Positions 37,725 to 46,690 of a stretch of 64,000 nt of DNA are shown here, one piece after another; position 1 is the stretch's first letter, and each line of letters starts with the position of its first letter. The stretch is taken from the NCBI GenBank assembly GCA_045545475.1, contig JAZQAZ010000008.1, positions 96,001 through 160,000 of the forward strand. Reading direction: 5' to 3'. Both the position numbers and the translations under genes were made by a program. This DNA is from Clostridia bacterium. Lineage in GTDB: Bacteria; Bacillota; Clostridia; CAKSNL01; HGM11501. The notes below the pieces were generated by a model. It made no database searches and was not told the DNA's origin. It saw only the letters and a program-made list of their open reading frames with translations.

Positions 37725-39920
37725 ATGGACGCTCATGAAACAAGCTATGAATACTTATGCGAACAATTGAACAGATATATGAAGGACATTTCGCTTGTTG
37801 AGCGAGCCTATGCGTTTGCCGAAGATGCTCATCGCCTGCAAAAGCGAAAATCCGGAGAGGCATATATTATCCACCCGGTGGGTGTTGCAGTGATATTGGC
37901 TGAACTTGAAATGGATCCTGAATGCATTGCGGCAGGGTTACTGCATGACGTTATTGAAGACGTTGAAAAAGCAGATTACAATACAGTGAAAGAAAACTTC
38001 GGAGAAGTTATAGCAAACCTTGTAGAAGGTGTAACAAAGCTTGATAAAATTCCGTTTGTTACGAATGAAGAACGACAGATAGAAAATGTCCGTAAAATGT
38101 TTTTCGCTATGGCATCGGACATCAGAGTAATAATAATAAAGCTTGCAGACCGCCTTCACAACATGAGAACTCTTATGTATATGCCGGGGGAAAAGCAGCT
38201 CAGAATTGCAAAAGAAACTCTTGATATATATGCACCTTTGGCACACCGTCTCGGTCTACAGCGAATTAAATGGGAACTTGAAGATTTGTCACTCAAGTAT
38301 CTTGATTCTGTTGCTTATCACGAAATTGCAGATAGCGTTCATATGAAGAAGCAAGAGCGTGAAGAATATGTGGAAGAGATAATAAAGCTCTTCAAAGCGA
38401 AGCTTGCTGAAATGAATATTGAGGGTGAAATAAAGGGACGAGTAAAGCATTATTACAGCATTTACAGAAAAATGTTTGCTCAGGATAAGTCTATCGACGA
38501 AATTTTCGACCTTTTTGCAGTAAGAATTATTGTTAAAGACCTTAACGATTGTTATGCGGCACTTGGTATGGTTCATGAGATGTTTACTCCTATGCCGGGC
38601 AGAGTAAAGGACTATATAGCAATGCCTAAACCAAACATGTATCAGTCATTGCATACGACAGTTATAGGACCAAAAGGCTATCCCTTTGAAGTGCAGATAA
38701 GAACATGGCAGATGCATCAGGTGGCTGAAAACGGTATTGCGGCCCATTGGAAATATAAAGAAGGAAAAACTGACGGTAAGCACGACGAATATGATACAAA
38801 GCTGGCATGGGTAAGAGACATGCTGGAAATACAGAAAGATGTCACGGACACCAATGATTTCCTTAACATGCTTAAAATTGATATGTTCTCAGATGAGGTT
38901 TTTGTATTTACGCCAAAAGGCAGCGTGATAAGTCTACCTGCTGGAGCAACTCCTGTTGATTTAGCTTTCGCCATTCACAGTGCCATTGGTTACAAAATGA
39001 CAGGGGCAAAGGTGAATTCCAAAATAGCACCTATTGATTATAAACTTCAAAATGGTGACATAGTAGAAATCTTAACCAGCAGTGTGACAAAAGGACCCAA
39101 ACAGGATTGGATAAAATTCTGTAAAACAACTTCCGCAAAGAACAAAATTAATCAATGGTACAAGAGGGAACAGCGAGAGGTAAACATAGCTAAAGGTAAG
39201 GATCTGATTGAGCAGGAAATAAAGAAATTCAACTTTAACATTTCTGATGTTATGATTCCGGCCAATGTTGATGCGATGCTTAAAAAGTTCAATTTCAATA
39301 CTCTTGATGATATGTATGTAAGCGTAGGTTGCAATTCTGCAAGTCCGATAAGAATTGTTCAGAAACTTATTGACCTTAATCCTGAACTCAAGGCTGTACT
39401 TAAAGAAATTGAAATTGCAGAAAAACTGGCACGTCAGAAAAAAGCTTCGGCTTCCAAGAAACATTCAAATTCAGGCAGTGGTGTGGTTGTAAAAGGCGAA
39501 GAAAATCTTCTTGCAAGAATTTCGAAGTGTTGCAGTCCTGTGCCTGGTGATGATATTATTGGATTTATTACCCGTGGCAGAGGCGTATCTGTACACAGAA
39601 AAGACTGTATAAATGTGCAAGCTTCTGCACTGGATGAAGATTCAAAAAGTCGCCTGATTGAGTGCGAATGGGATGTTGAAGATTTAGGTTCTTTTGAGTG
39701 TCATCTTCTCATACATGCTACTGACAGAAGGGGGCTTCTTGCGGAGATAACCTCTTGTCTTGCAGAGCAAAAGCTTGCAATAGGAACACTTAATGCAACA
39801 AATAAAAATAATCTTGCGATAGTTGATCTTACGGTTAATATAAACGAAAGTTCCCAGATTGAGTTGATAACCAGGAAACTCCATATGATTCCGGGTGTTT
39901 ACGAAGTTATAAGAGCTTAA
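37725..39920 (+). CDS. relA: Bifunctional (p)ppGpp synthetase/hydrolase
   Basis: HD domain LLHDVIED, KLADRLHN, YQSLHT, EVQIRT, TGS and ACT domains. Confidence 0.97.
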   Translation: MDAHETSYEYLCEQLNRYMKDISLVERAYAFAEDAHRLQKRKSGEAYIIHPVGVAVILAELEMDPECIAAGLLHDVIEDVEKADYNTVKENFGEVIANLVEGVTKLDKIPFVTNEERQIENVRKMFFAMASDIRVIIIKLADRLHNMRTLMYMPGEKQLRIAKETLDIYAPLAHRLGLQRIKWELEDLSLKYLDSVAYHEIADSVHMKKQEREEYVEEIIKLFKAKLAEMNIEGEIKGRVKHYYSIYRKMFAQDKSIDEIFDLFAVRIIVKDLNDCYAALGMVHEMFTPMPGRVKDYIAMPKPNMYQSLHTTVIGPKGYPFEVQIRTWQMHQVAENGIAAHWKYKEGKTDGKHDEYDTKLAWVRDMLEIQKDVTDTNDFLNMLKIDMFSDEVFVFTPKGSVISLPAGATPVDLAFAIHSAIGYKMTGAKVNSKIAPIDYKLQNGDIVEILTSSVTKGPKQDWIKFCKTTSAKNKINQWYKREQREVNIAKGKDLIEQEIKKFNFNISDVMIPANVDAMLKKFNFNTLDDMYVSVGCNSASPIRIVQKLIDLNPELKAVLKEIEIAEKLARQKKASASKKHSNSGSGVVVKGEENLLARISKCCSPVPGDDIIGFITRGRGVSVHRKDCINVQASALDEDSKSRLIECEWDVEDLGSFECHLLIHATDRRGLLAEITSCLAEQKLAIGTLNATNKNNLAIVDLTVNINESSQIELITRKLHMIPGVYEVIRA

Positions 39921-39936
39921 GGATGAAAGATTTATC

Positions 39937-40539
39937 ATGAAAATAAAACGAGTTATTACAGGGGCATTACAAACAAATTGCTATATAGTTGTTAATAACG
40001 ATCACGCATGTGTGATTGACCCAGGCGATGATTGCGATGTAATTGTTTCGCAGTTAGAAGGCTTAAAAGTTGATAAGATTATATTAACACATGGGCATTT
40101 TGACCATTTTATGGCTGCAGAAGAATTAAAAACAATCACCGGAGCAAAAATTTATATATCGGAAGAAGATGCACCGATGCTTAGTGATTACAAAAAGAGT
40201 CTTTACGATATGTTGGGCATTGAAGATACCGATTTTACTCCTGCGACAGCAGACTTTTTTCTGGAAGATAGAATGGATATTTGCGGGGAGAATTTCGACA
40301 TCATCAAGACTCCGGGGCATTCCAAGGGAAGCATTTGTCTTCTTAATGATGATGTTCTTTTTTCGGGAGATACACTGTTTCACGGCAGTATCGGTCGTTA
40401 CGACCATGGTAGCTATGATGAAATAATGCACTCACTGTGGGAACTTATGCTTCTGGATGACAACGTCACGGTATTGCCGGGGCATGGAGATATAACATCC
40501 ATCGGCAATGAAAGAAAAACTAATCCGTTTTTAAGGTAG
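39937..40539 (+). CDS. MBL-fold metallo-hydrolase
   Basis: THGHFDH, TPGHS.G, FSGDTLF, PGHG. Confidence 0.92.
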   Translation: MKIKRVITGALQTNCYIVVNNDHACVIDPGDDCDVIVSQLEGLKVDKIILTHGHFDHFMAAEELKTITGAKIYISEEDAPMLSDYKKSLYDMLGIEDTDFTPATADFFLEDRMDICGENFDIIKTPGHSKGSICLLNDDVLFSGDTLFHGSIGRYDHGSYDEIMHSLWELMLLDDNVTVLPGHGDITSIGNERKTNPFLR

Positions 40540-40546
40540 AGTTAAA

Positions 40547-41956
40547 ATGGAGATAATCACTATTAATCATAACGACAGATATTCCATTGAACAGATTTTT
40601 TGCTTATTTTTTGAAAAAGATTCTGATGTCATAGTAACTTCGGAATACAATGGTGAAAACAGTATAAAAACATGTACGGTTTATGACAATAAAACCGAAA
40701 GTGCCGAATGGATTTTTCAAAATACCGATGAATTGAGCTTTAAAAATGCTGTTAAAAAATCTGCATTTCTTTCGATGTCTAAGCTGTCCGGCAAAAAAGC
40801 ACCTTGGGGAATATTGACAGGGATACGGCCCACTAAGTTTTGCAGAAGTTTACATGCAAAATATACATATAGGGAAATTCGTGAAATCCTGATAAAAAAT
40901 TATTGGGTTACGGAAGCGAAGAGTGAATTTTGTGTAGAGGTGGCTGAAAATTCTGAAAGGATTATGGAAACTATGGCACCCGAAGAAATAGGTGTTTATG
41001 TAGGTATTCCTTTTTGTCCCAGCAGGTGTTCATATTGCTCGTTTATATCTGAGTCTGCGGCTCTTTACAGTAAGTATATTCCGGAATATACAAAGGCGTT
41101 GATTTCTGAAATAAAAGCTTTAGGAGAAATAGTTTCTGATTTAGGCCTTAAGATTGGCTCGGTTTATGTTGGGGGAGGTACACCGCCCGCTTTGGGAACT
41201 GCATTACTATCCGACGTGATAAAAGCTGTCAAAGAGAATTTTTTTCTGTATCCTGATACGGAATTTACAGTGGAGGCAGGACGGCCGGATGTAATTGATG
41301 ATGAGCTTCTTAAAATGCTTAAGATATATGAAGTTAATAGACTTTGTATTAATCCTCAGACCATGAATGACGAAACGCTTAAGCTCATCGGAAGAAATCA
41401 CAGTGCCGAAGAGACCGTTAAAGCGTTTGAACTGGCGAGAAAATATTCTTTCGATAATATCAATTCCGATCTTATAGCAGGACTTCCAGGCGAGAATTTA
41501 GAAATGTTTTTAAAAACTCTTGATTATATTGACAAACTTAATCCTGAAGAAATTACGGTTCATACAATGTATCAAAAAAGAGCATCAAGGATTTCGAAGG
41601 AAAAAACTTGGGACGATCGTGCTGTGGACATAAATGAGATGGTTGACTCTGCCATAGAATTTACACGGAATAAGGGATATTTACCTTATTATATGTATAA
41701 ACAACGGAGCACAAAAGGGAATCTTGAAAACACAGGATATGCGAAAAAAGGATTTGAATCAGTTTACAATGTGGCAATAATGGAAGAAGTGAGAAGCATT
41801 CTGGCATGTGGCTCAGGAGCATCAAGCAAGCTTGTAAAAGGCGATAATGTAACAAGGGTTTATAATATCAAAGACGCATTTTCTTATATAAGAGATATTG
41901 ATACAATAATTAAAAATAAAACAGATAAATTAAATTTATTTTTTAAAAGTGAATAA
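40547..41956 (+). CDS. hemZ: HemZ-like radical SAM protein
   Basis: PWGILTGIRP, FCPSRCSYCSF, EAGRPD, PYYMYKQ..GNLEN. Confidence 0.9.
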   Translation: MEIITINHNDRYSIEQIFCLFFEKDSDVIVTSEYNGENSIKTCTVYDNKTESAEWIFQNTDELSFKNAVKKSAFLSMSKLSGKKAPWGILTGIRPTKFCRSLHAKYTYREIREILIKNYWVTEAKSEFCVEVAENSERIMETMAPEEIGVYVGIPFCPSRCSYCSFISESAALYSKYIPEYTKALISEIKALGEIVSDLGLKIGSVYVGGGTPPALGTALLSDVIKAVKENFFLYPDTEFTVEAGRPDVIDDELLKMLKIYEVNRLCINPQTMNDETLKLIGRNHSAEETVKAFELARKYSFDNINSDLIAGLPGENLEMFLKTLDYIDKLNPEEITVHTMYQKRASRISKEKTWDDRAVDINEMVDSAIEFTRNKGYLPYYMYKQRSTKGNLENTGYAKKGFESVYNVAIMEEVRSILACGSGASSKLVKGDNVTRVYNIKDAFSYIRDIDTIIKNKTDKLNLFFKSE

Positions 41957-41978
41957 ATTATTAAGAATAAAATTTTTA

Positions 41979-42007
41979 TAGACAAAAAACAGTTTTTGGT
42001 ATATAAT
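41979..42007 (+). promoter_or_regulatory. sigma-A promoter
   Basis: TAGACA-17 bp-TATAAT. Confidence 0.65.
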
Positions 42008-42036
42008 ATATGAGAAAATGATTTCGGAGGGATTTT

Positions 42037-42321
42037 ATGGCTATTGATGTTGAAAAAATAAAAGAAAATATAGGTAAAGCCGCTGATTTTACAGTGCAAA
42101 AAACAGAAGAGGTTTTTTCTTCTGCAAAATTAAAAGTTAAGAAAGTAGAGCTTAAGCGAAAAATATCAGGGGTTTACAAAGAAATCGGAGAAGTGATTTA
42201 TACAAATTCGAAAACCGGAAACGATATAACGGAACAGCTTGAGTTTTTGATTAAAAAAATTGATGAATACAACGAAGAAATTTCAAGGTGCAACGAGGCA
42301 CTCAATAGCTTAGACGATTAA
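42037..42321 (+). CDS. Small coiled-coil hypothetical protein
   Basis: 94 aa, RBS GGAGG, own promoter. Confidence 0.7.
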   Translation: MAIDVEKIKENIGKAADFTVQKTEEVFSSAKLKVKKVELKRKISGVYKEIGEVIYTNSKTGNDITEQLEFLIKKIDEYNEEISRCNEALNSLDD

Positions 42322-42368
42322 TAAAAACAGACAGCACACTTTAAATTTGCTGTTTACCGGAGGAAAAA

Positions 42369-43244
42369 ATGCGTAAAAAAATACTGATGACAGGGATTTT
42401 TGTGATATGTCTGATTGTTGTAGCGTATTTAGGCGTACGCATGGCATTCTTTATAACTTCTCCCTTTGATCAGATCGAAGTGGGAGACGAACTTGACGAG
42501 GTTACTGTTACCAACGGAAATATTGTAATAAATGCACTCGTTATGGGGTTGGATAAAGACGAAACCAGAACCGATACTTTACTTTTTGTAAGCTACAACA
42601 GTGAAGATGGTAAATGTTTTGTTATGAGTATACCTCGTGATACCTATGTAAATGTGGATGGAAAGCCGATAATGATTAATTCGGTATATTCAAAAGGCGG
42701 ACTTGAATTGACAATCAATAAGGTTAAAGACCTTATCGGACTTCCGATAAACTATTATGTTGTATTTACTTTTGAGGATTTCAGAAATGTAATTGACGCT
42801 TTGGGCGGTGTAGAGTTTGACGTGAGACCTGAAGGATATTATTACGAAGATCCTTATCAAGATCTCGTAATTAATATACCGGGAGGACACCAGGTACTGG
42901 ACGGTGCAAAGGCTGAAGGCTTGGTACGCTACAGAGCGGATTATGCAAGAGCAGATCTGGAAAGAGTAGAAGTTCAGCAAAAATTTGTTAAAGCTCTTAT
43001 CGAACAGAAGTTTACAAAAGAGTATATTGCAAGTATACCTAAAATTTATGATGCCATTAAAGATTCTTTAAAGAGTAATCTTTCCCTTAGTGATTTGTTG
43101 GCATATAGTGGCGAGATTATAGAAGGCGGAGTTTCAGGAATTTATACACATACTCTTCCGACTACTATTTACGGTGCTCATCTTTTACCTGATGAGGCCG
43201 GAATTGATGCTCTGTTGGAGGGATATTTTCCTGAAACGAATTAA
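42369..43244 (+). CDS. LCP (LytR-CpsA-Psr) family protein
   Basis: N-terminal TM, RTDT, SIPRDT, LVRYR, DLERVEVQQ. Confidence 0.92.
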   Translation: MRKKILMTGIFVICLIVVAYLGVRMAFFITSPFDQIEVGDELDEVTVTNGNIVINALVMGLDKDETRTDTLLFVSYNSEDGKCFVMSIPRDTYVNVDGKPIMINSVYSKGGLELTINKVKDLIGLPINYYVVFTFEDFRNVIDALGGVEFDVRPEGYYYEDPYQDLVINIPGGHQVLDGAKAEGLVRYRADYARADLERVEVQQKFVKALIEQKFTKEYIASIPKIYDAIKDSLKSNLSLSDLLAYSGEIIEGGVSGIYTHTLPTTIYGAHLLPDEAGIDALLEGYFPETN

Positions 43245-43340
43245 AATTAAATTTTAATTCGTTTGCATGGTTAAAATATACAAAATGGGTTAAAATTTTA
43301 ACGAAGAAATAGTTTTATTGTTGAATTTATAAGTTAGGTA

Positions 43341-43369
43341 TTGCAAAATGGTAATTAATTGGTTATAAT
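43341..43369 (+). promoter_or_regulatory. sigma-A promoter of ppi-gap
   Basis: TTGCAA-17 bp-TATAAT. Confidence 0.7.
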
Positions 43370-43391
43370 AATAGGGTATGGGGTATAGATT

Positions 43392-43988
43392 ATGAAAAGA
43401 ATTTTAGTTATATTAATGACGACAATGTTGTTATTTGCGGTTTCTTGTTCGAATGATATTGATCCTTCAAGAATTGCTGCTGAAAAGGAGGAAAATCCGG
43501 TGGTTACAATCACAGTAAAAGATTTTGGAGATATGGTTTTGGAGCTTTATCCCGAATATGCACCCGAAACAGTTGCTAACTTTTTAGAGCTTGCTGAAAG
43601 CGGTTTTTATGAAGGACTTGTGTTCCATAGAATCTATAAAGGATTTATGATTCAGGGCGGATCCACCGACGGACTTGGAATTGCCGGTTCGGATAAGAAG
43701 ATTAAAGGAGAGTTTTCTTCTAATGGCGTAGACAATCCTTTAAGTCATGAACGTGGGGTTATTTCAATGGCTCGTACAAATGATCCTAACAGTGCAAGTT
43801 CACAGTTCTTTATCTGCGATGCAGATTCGACCTTCCTTGACGGAAGCTATGCTGCATTCGGAAAACTCACTGAAGGCTATGATGTACTTGATGCAATCGC
43901 ATCAGTTGATGTAACATACGGACCTTCAGGCGAGAAATCTTCACCTTTGGTTGCACCGGTGATTGAAAAAGTCACCGTTAACAAATAA
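43392..43988 (+). CDS. Cyclophilin-type peptidyl-prolyl isomerase, lipoprotein
   Basis: Lipobox-like FAVSC; AP.TV.NF, FHRI..GFMIQGG, SMAR, SQFFI. Confidence 0.92.
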   Translation: MKRILVILMTTMLLFAVSCSNDIDPSRIAAEKEENPVVTITVKDFGDMVLELYPEYAPETVANFLELAESGFYEGLVFHRIYKGFMIQGGSTDGLGIAGSDKKIKGEFSSNGVDNPLSHERGVISMARTNDPNSASSQFFICDADSTFLDGSYAAFGKLTEGYDVLDAIASVDVTYGPSGEKSSPLVAPVIEKVTVNK

Positions 43989-44015
43989 GTATACTATTTT
44001 TAGGAGGATGTTAAA

Positions 44016-45050
44016 ATGGTAAGAGTAGGTATAAACGGATTCGGACGTATCGGACGTCTTGCGTTCAGACAGATGTTTGGCGCAGAAGGTTATGAAATCG
44101 TTGCAATCAACGACTTAACACAGCCTTCAATGCTTGCTGGTCTTCTTAAGTATGACACAGCTCAGGGCGGATACTGCGGTAAAATTGGTGAAAACCTTCA
44201 CACAGTAGAAGCTGACGATGAAGCAGGCACAATCACAGTTGACGGAAAGGTTCTTAAAATCTATGCTGAAAAAGACGCTAAGAACATTCCTTGGGGCGAG
44301 CTTGATGTAGACGTAGTATTAGAGTGCACAGGTTTCTATTGCTCTCTTGAAAAGTCTCAGGCTCACATCGATGCAGGTGCAAAGAAGGTTGTTATTTCTG
44401 CTCCCGCAGGTAAGGACCTTAAGACAATCGTATTCAGCGTAAATGAAAATACACTTACAGCTGACGACAAGATCATTTCTGCTGCTTCCTGCACAACAAA
44501 CTGCCTTGCTCCTATGGCTAAGGCTCTTAACGACTATGCAGCAATCCAGTCCGGTATCATGTCCACAATTCATGCATACACAGGCGATCAGATGATTCTC
44601 GATGGTCCTCACAGAAAGGGCGACATGAGAAGAGCAAGAGCAGGTGCTGCTAACATCGTTCCCAACTCAACAGGTGCTGCAAAGGCAATCGGACTTGTTA
44701 TTCCTGAACTTAACGGTAAGCTTATCGGTTCTGCACAGAGAGTTCCCGTTCCCACAGGTTCTACAACAATCCTTACAGCTGTTGTAAAGGGTGAAAACGT
44801 AACTGTTGACGGTATCAACGCTGCTATGAAGGCTGCTGCTTCTGCAAGCTTCGGCTACAACGAAGATCCCATCGTATCTTCTGACGTTATCGGTATGAAG
44901 TATGGTTCTCTCTTCGATGCAACTCAGACAATGGTTTCTGAAATCGGAGAAGGTCTCTATCAGGTACAGGTTGTTTCCTGGTATGACAACGAAAATTCTT
45001 ACACAAGCCAGATGGTAAGAACAATCAAGTACTTTGCTGAACTTGGCTGA
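44016..45050 (+). CDS. gap: Type I glyceraldehyde-3-phosphate dehydrogenase
   Basis: [24 protein letters not shown]; strong codon bias. Confidence 0.98.
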   Translation: MVRVGINGFGRIGRLAFRQMFGAEGYEIVAINDLTQPSMLAGLLKYDTAQGGYCGKIGENLHTVEADDEAGTITVDGKVLKIYAEKDAKNIPWGELDVDVVLECTGFYCSLEKSQAHIDAGAKKVVISAPAGKDLKTIVFSVNENTLTADDKIISAASCTTNCLAPMAKALNDYAAIQSGIMSTIHAYTGDQMILDGPHRKGDMRRARAGAANIVPNSTGAAKAIGLVIPELNGKLIGSAQRVPVPTGSTTILTAVVKGENVTVDGINAAMKAAASASFGYNEDPIVSSDVIGMKYGSLFDATQTMVSEIGEGLYQVQVVSWYDNENSYTSQMVRTIKYFAELG

Positions 45051-45065
45051 TTAGAATGAATTAAG

Positions 45066-45094
45066 AAAACGGATGCTTTCGCATCCGTTTTTTT
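45066..45094 (+). terminator. Intrinsic terminator after gap
   Basis: AAAACGGATGC-TTTC-GCATCCGTTTTTTT. Confidence 0.9.
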
Positions 45095-45160
45095 CTTTTC
45101 TGTATTGCATTTTAAAAATAAAATGTTATAATTAAATATATGGAATGGAGTGAATAAAGC

Positions 45161-45565
45161 GTGAAGAAATATCTGCTGATAATTTTTAGCATATTAATTT
45201 TGATAGCTTTGATTTTTGTGATGTTTTTGCCTGAAAAGACAAACACAGAAGCCGGTAAAACAGTAACACTTATATGTGCTATTGAAGATATGGATGTAAA
45301 TACCGAACTTTCAGCCGAACATTCAAAAATAATTACAGAAATTTTCAATAATAAAGCACTGTATGATGAAAATCCGCCGCTTTGCCCCTGCAATAAAAAT
45401 TTCTCTTTTAAGATAGGTAAAAAAACATTTTGCATTGCAGTAGATGGGTGTCCGACAATTTACATAGATGAAAAATCAAGTTATTTTTATTTGACAGAGG
45501 AAGAAAATGAGATAATAAACGATATTTTAATGGAATATGGCGTGAACAGAGATGTACTTTTTTAA
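45161..45565 (+). CDS. Hypothetical membrane-anchored/secreted protein
   Basis: N-terminal hydrophobic helix, RBS GGAG, promoter TTGCAT-16-TATAAT; CPC..C..GCP motif. Confidence 0.65.
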   Translation: MKKYLLIIFSILILIALIFVMFLPEKTNTEAGKTVTLICAIEDMDVNTELSAEHSKIITEIFNNKALYDENPPLCPCNKNFSFKIGKKTFCIAVDGCPTIYIDEKSSYFYLTEEENEIINDILMEYGVNRDVLF

Positions 45566-45618
45566 TCGGATTAAAAAGGCACAGCAAATTTTGTTATAAC
45601 ATATACAAGGGTGATTTT

Positions 45619-46689
45619 ATGAAAATTATTCACACAGCCGATTTACATCTTGACTCGGCGATGAAAACCAATCTCAGTAAAGAAAAGGCAAAAATGCGAA
45701 AAAATGAGATTTTACATACATTTGAAAGAATGGTTGATTTTGCAAAAGAAAATGAAGTAAGCGTCATACTTATTGCGGGGGATCTTTTTGATACAAAAAC
45801 GGTAACGGTTAAAACAAAAGATATTATAAAACGCTGTATCGAAGAAAATCCTGGAATTGATTATCTTTATCTTAAAGGTAATCACGATGCAGAAGTTTCC
45901 CTTTATGACGAAGAAGTACCTTCGAATCTTAAACTCTTTTCCGAAAACTGGACGAGCTATGAGTACGAAGATGTCATAATTACGGGTGCACATCTTTCGG
46001 GAAAAAGCAATCTTTATGATTCGCTTCTTCTTGATAAGAGTAAAATCAATATTGTAACACTTCACGGACAGGAACAAAAATACGTTGGAAAGGATAAAAC
46101 CGAAACCGTAAATCTTCCGCTTCTTAAGGATAAGTACATAGATTATCTTGCACTGGGACACATACATTCTTACAAGGAAGATAAACTTGATACGAGAGGT
46201 ATCTGGGTATATTCCGGATGTCCGGATGGAAGAGGGTATGATGAATGCGGAGAGAAAGGATTTTCTCTTATAACCGTTGAAAACGGAGAAATTTCGCATG
46301 AATTCATCCCGTTTATGAGTCGCTTTATAAACGAAATCAGGGTTGATATATCGGATTGTGAGACCACTTCCGATGTTGACAGAAAGGTGTCTGAAAAACT
46401 TTCGGATATATCTTATGATGACATGGTCAAAGTGGTTCTTGAAGGAAAGATAAGCGTTGAATCCGGTTATGATTTGAATTATATAGAGGACAAAAATAAA
46501 GATAAGTTTTTTGCATTTAAAATAGAAGACGCTGAAGTCGGACTAAAGTTTAATGTTGAAGATTATATGCATGACGCCTCTTTAAAGGGAGAATTTATAA
46601 GAACAGTTATGGCTGAAGATTACAGCGAAGAAGAAAAACGTCTTGTAATCGAGCTTGGAATAAAGGCCTTGGCCGGAGAGGAGCTTTGA
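45619..46689 (+). CDS. SbcD/Mre11-like (YhaO-type) metallophosphoesterase nuclease
   Basis: HTADLHL, AGDLFD, GNHD, LGHIH, YSGCPDGRGYDE. Confidence 0.92.
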   Translation: MKIIHTADLHLDSAMKTNLSKEKAKMRKNEILHTFERMVDFAKENEVSVILIAGDLFDTKTVTVKTKDIIKRCIEENPGIDYLYLKGNHDAEVSLYDEEVPSNLKLFSENWTSYEYEDVIITGAHLSGKSNLYDSLLLDKSKINIVTLHGQEQKYVGKDKTETVNLPLLKDKYIDYLALGHIHSYKEDKLDTRGIWVYSGCPDGRGYDECGEKGFSLITVENGEISHEFIPFMSRFINEIRVDISDCETTSDVDRKVSEKLSDISYDDMVKVVLEGKISVESGYDLNYIEDKNKDKFFAFKIEDAEVGLKFNVEDYMHDASLKGEFIRTVMAEDYSEEEKRLVIELGIKALAGEEL

Positions 46690-46690
46690 T

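Noticed and set aside
45541-45618. SOS box upstream of the yhaO/yhaN-like pair
   Set aside because: No GAAC-N4-GTTY match, although the Bacillus counterpart is LexA-controlled
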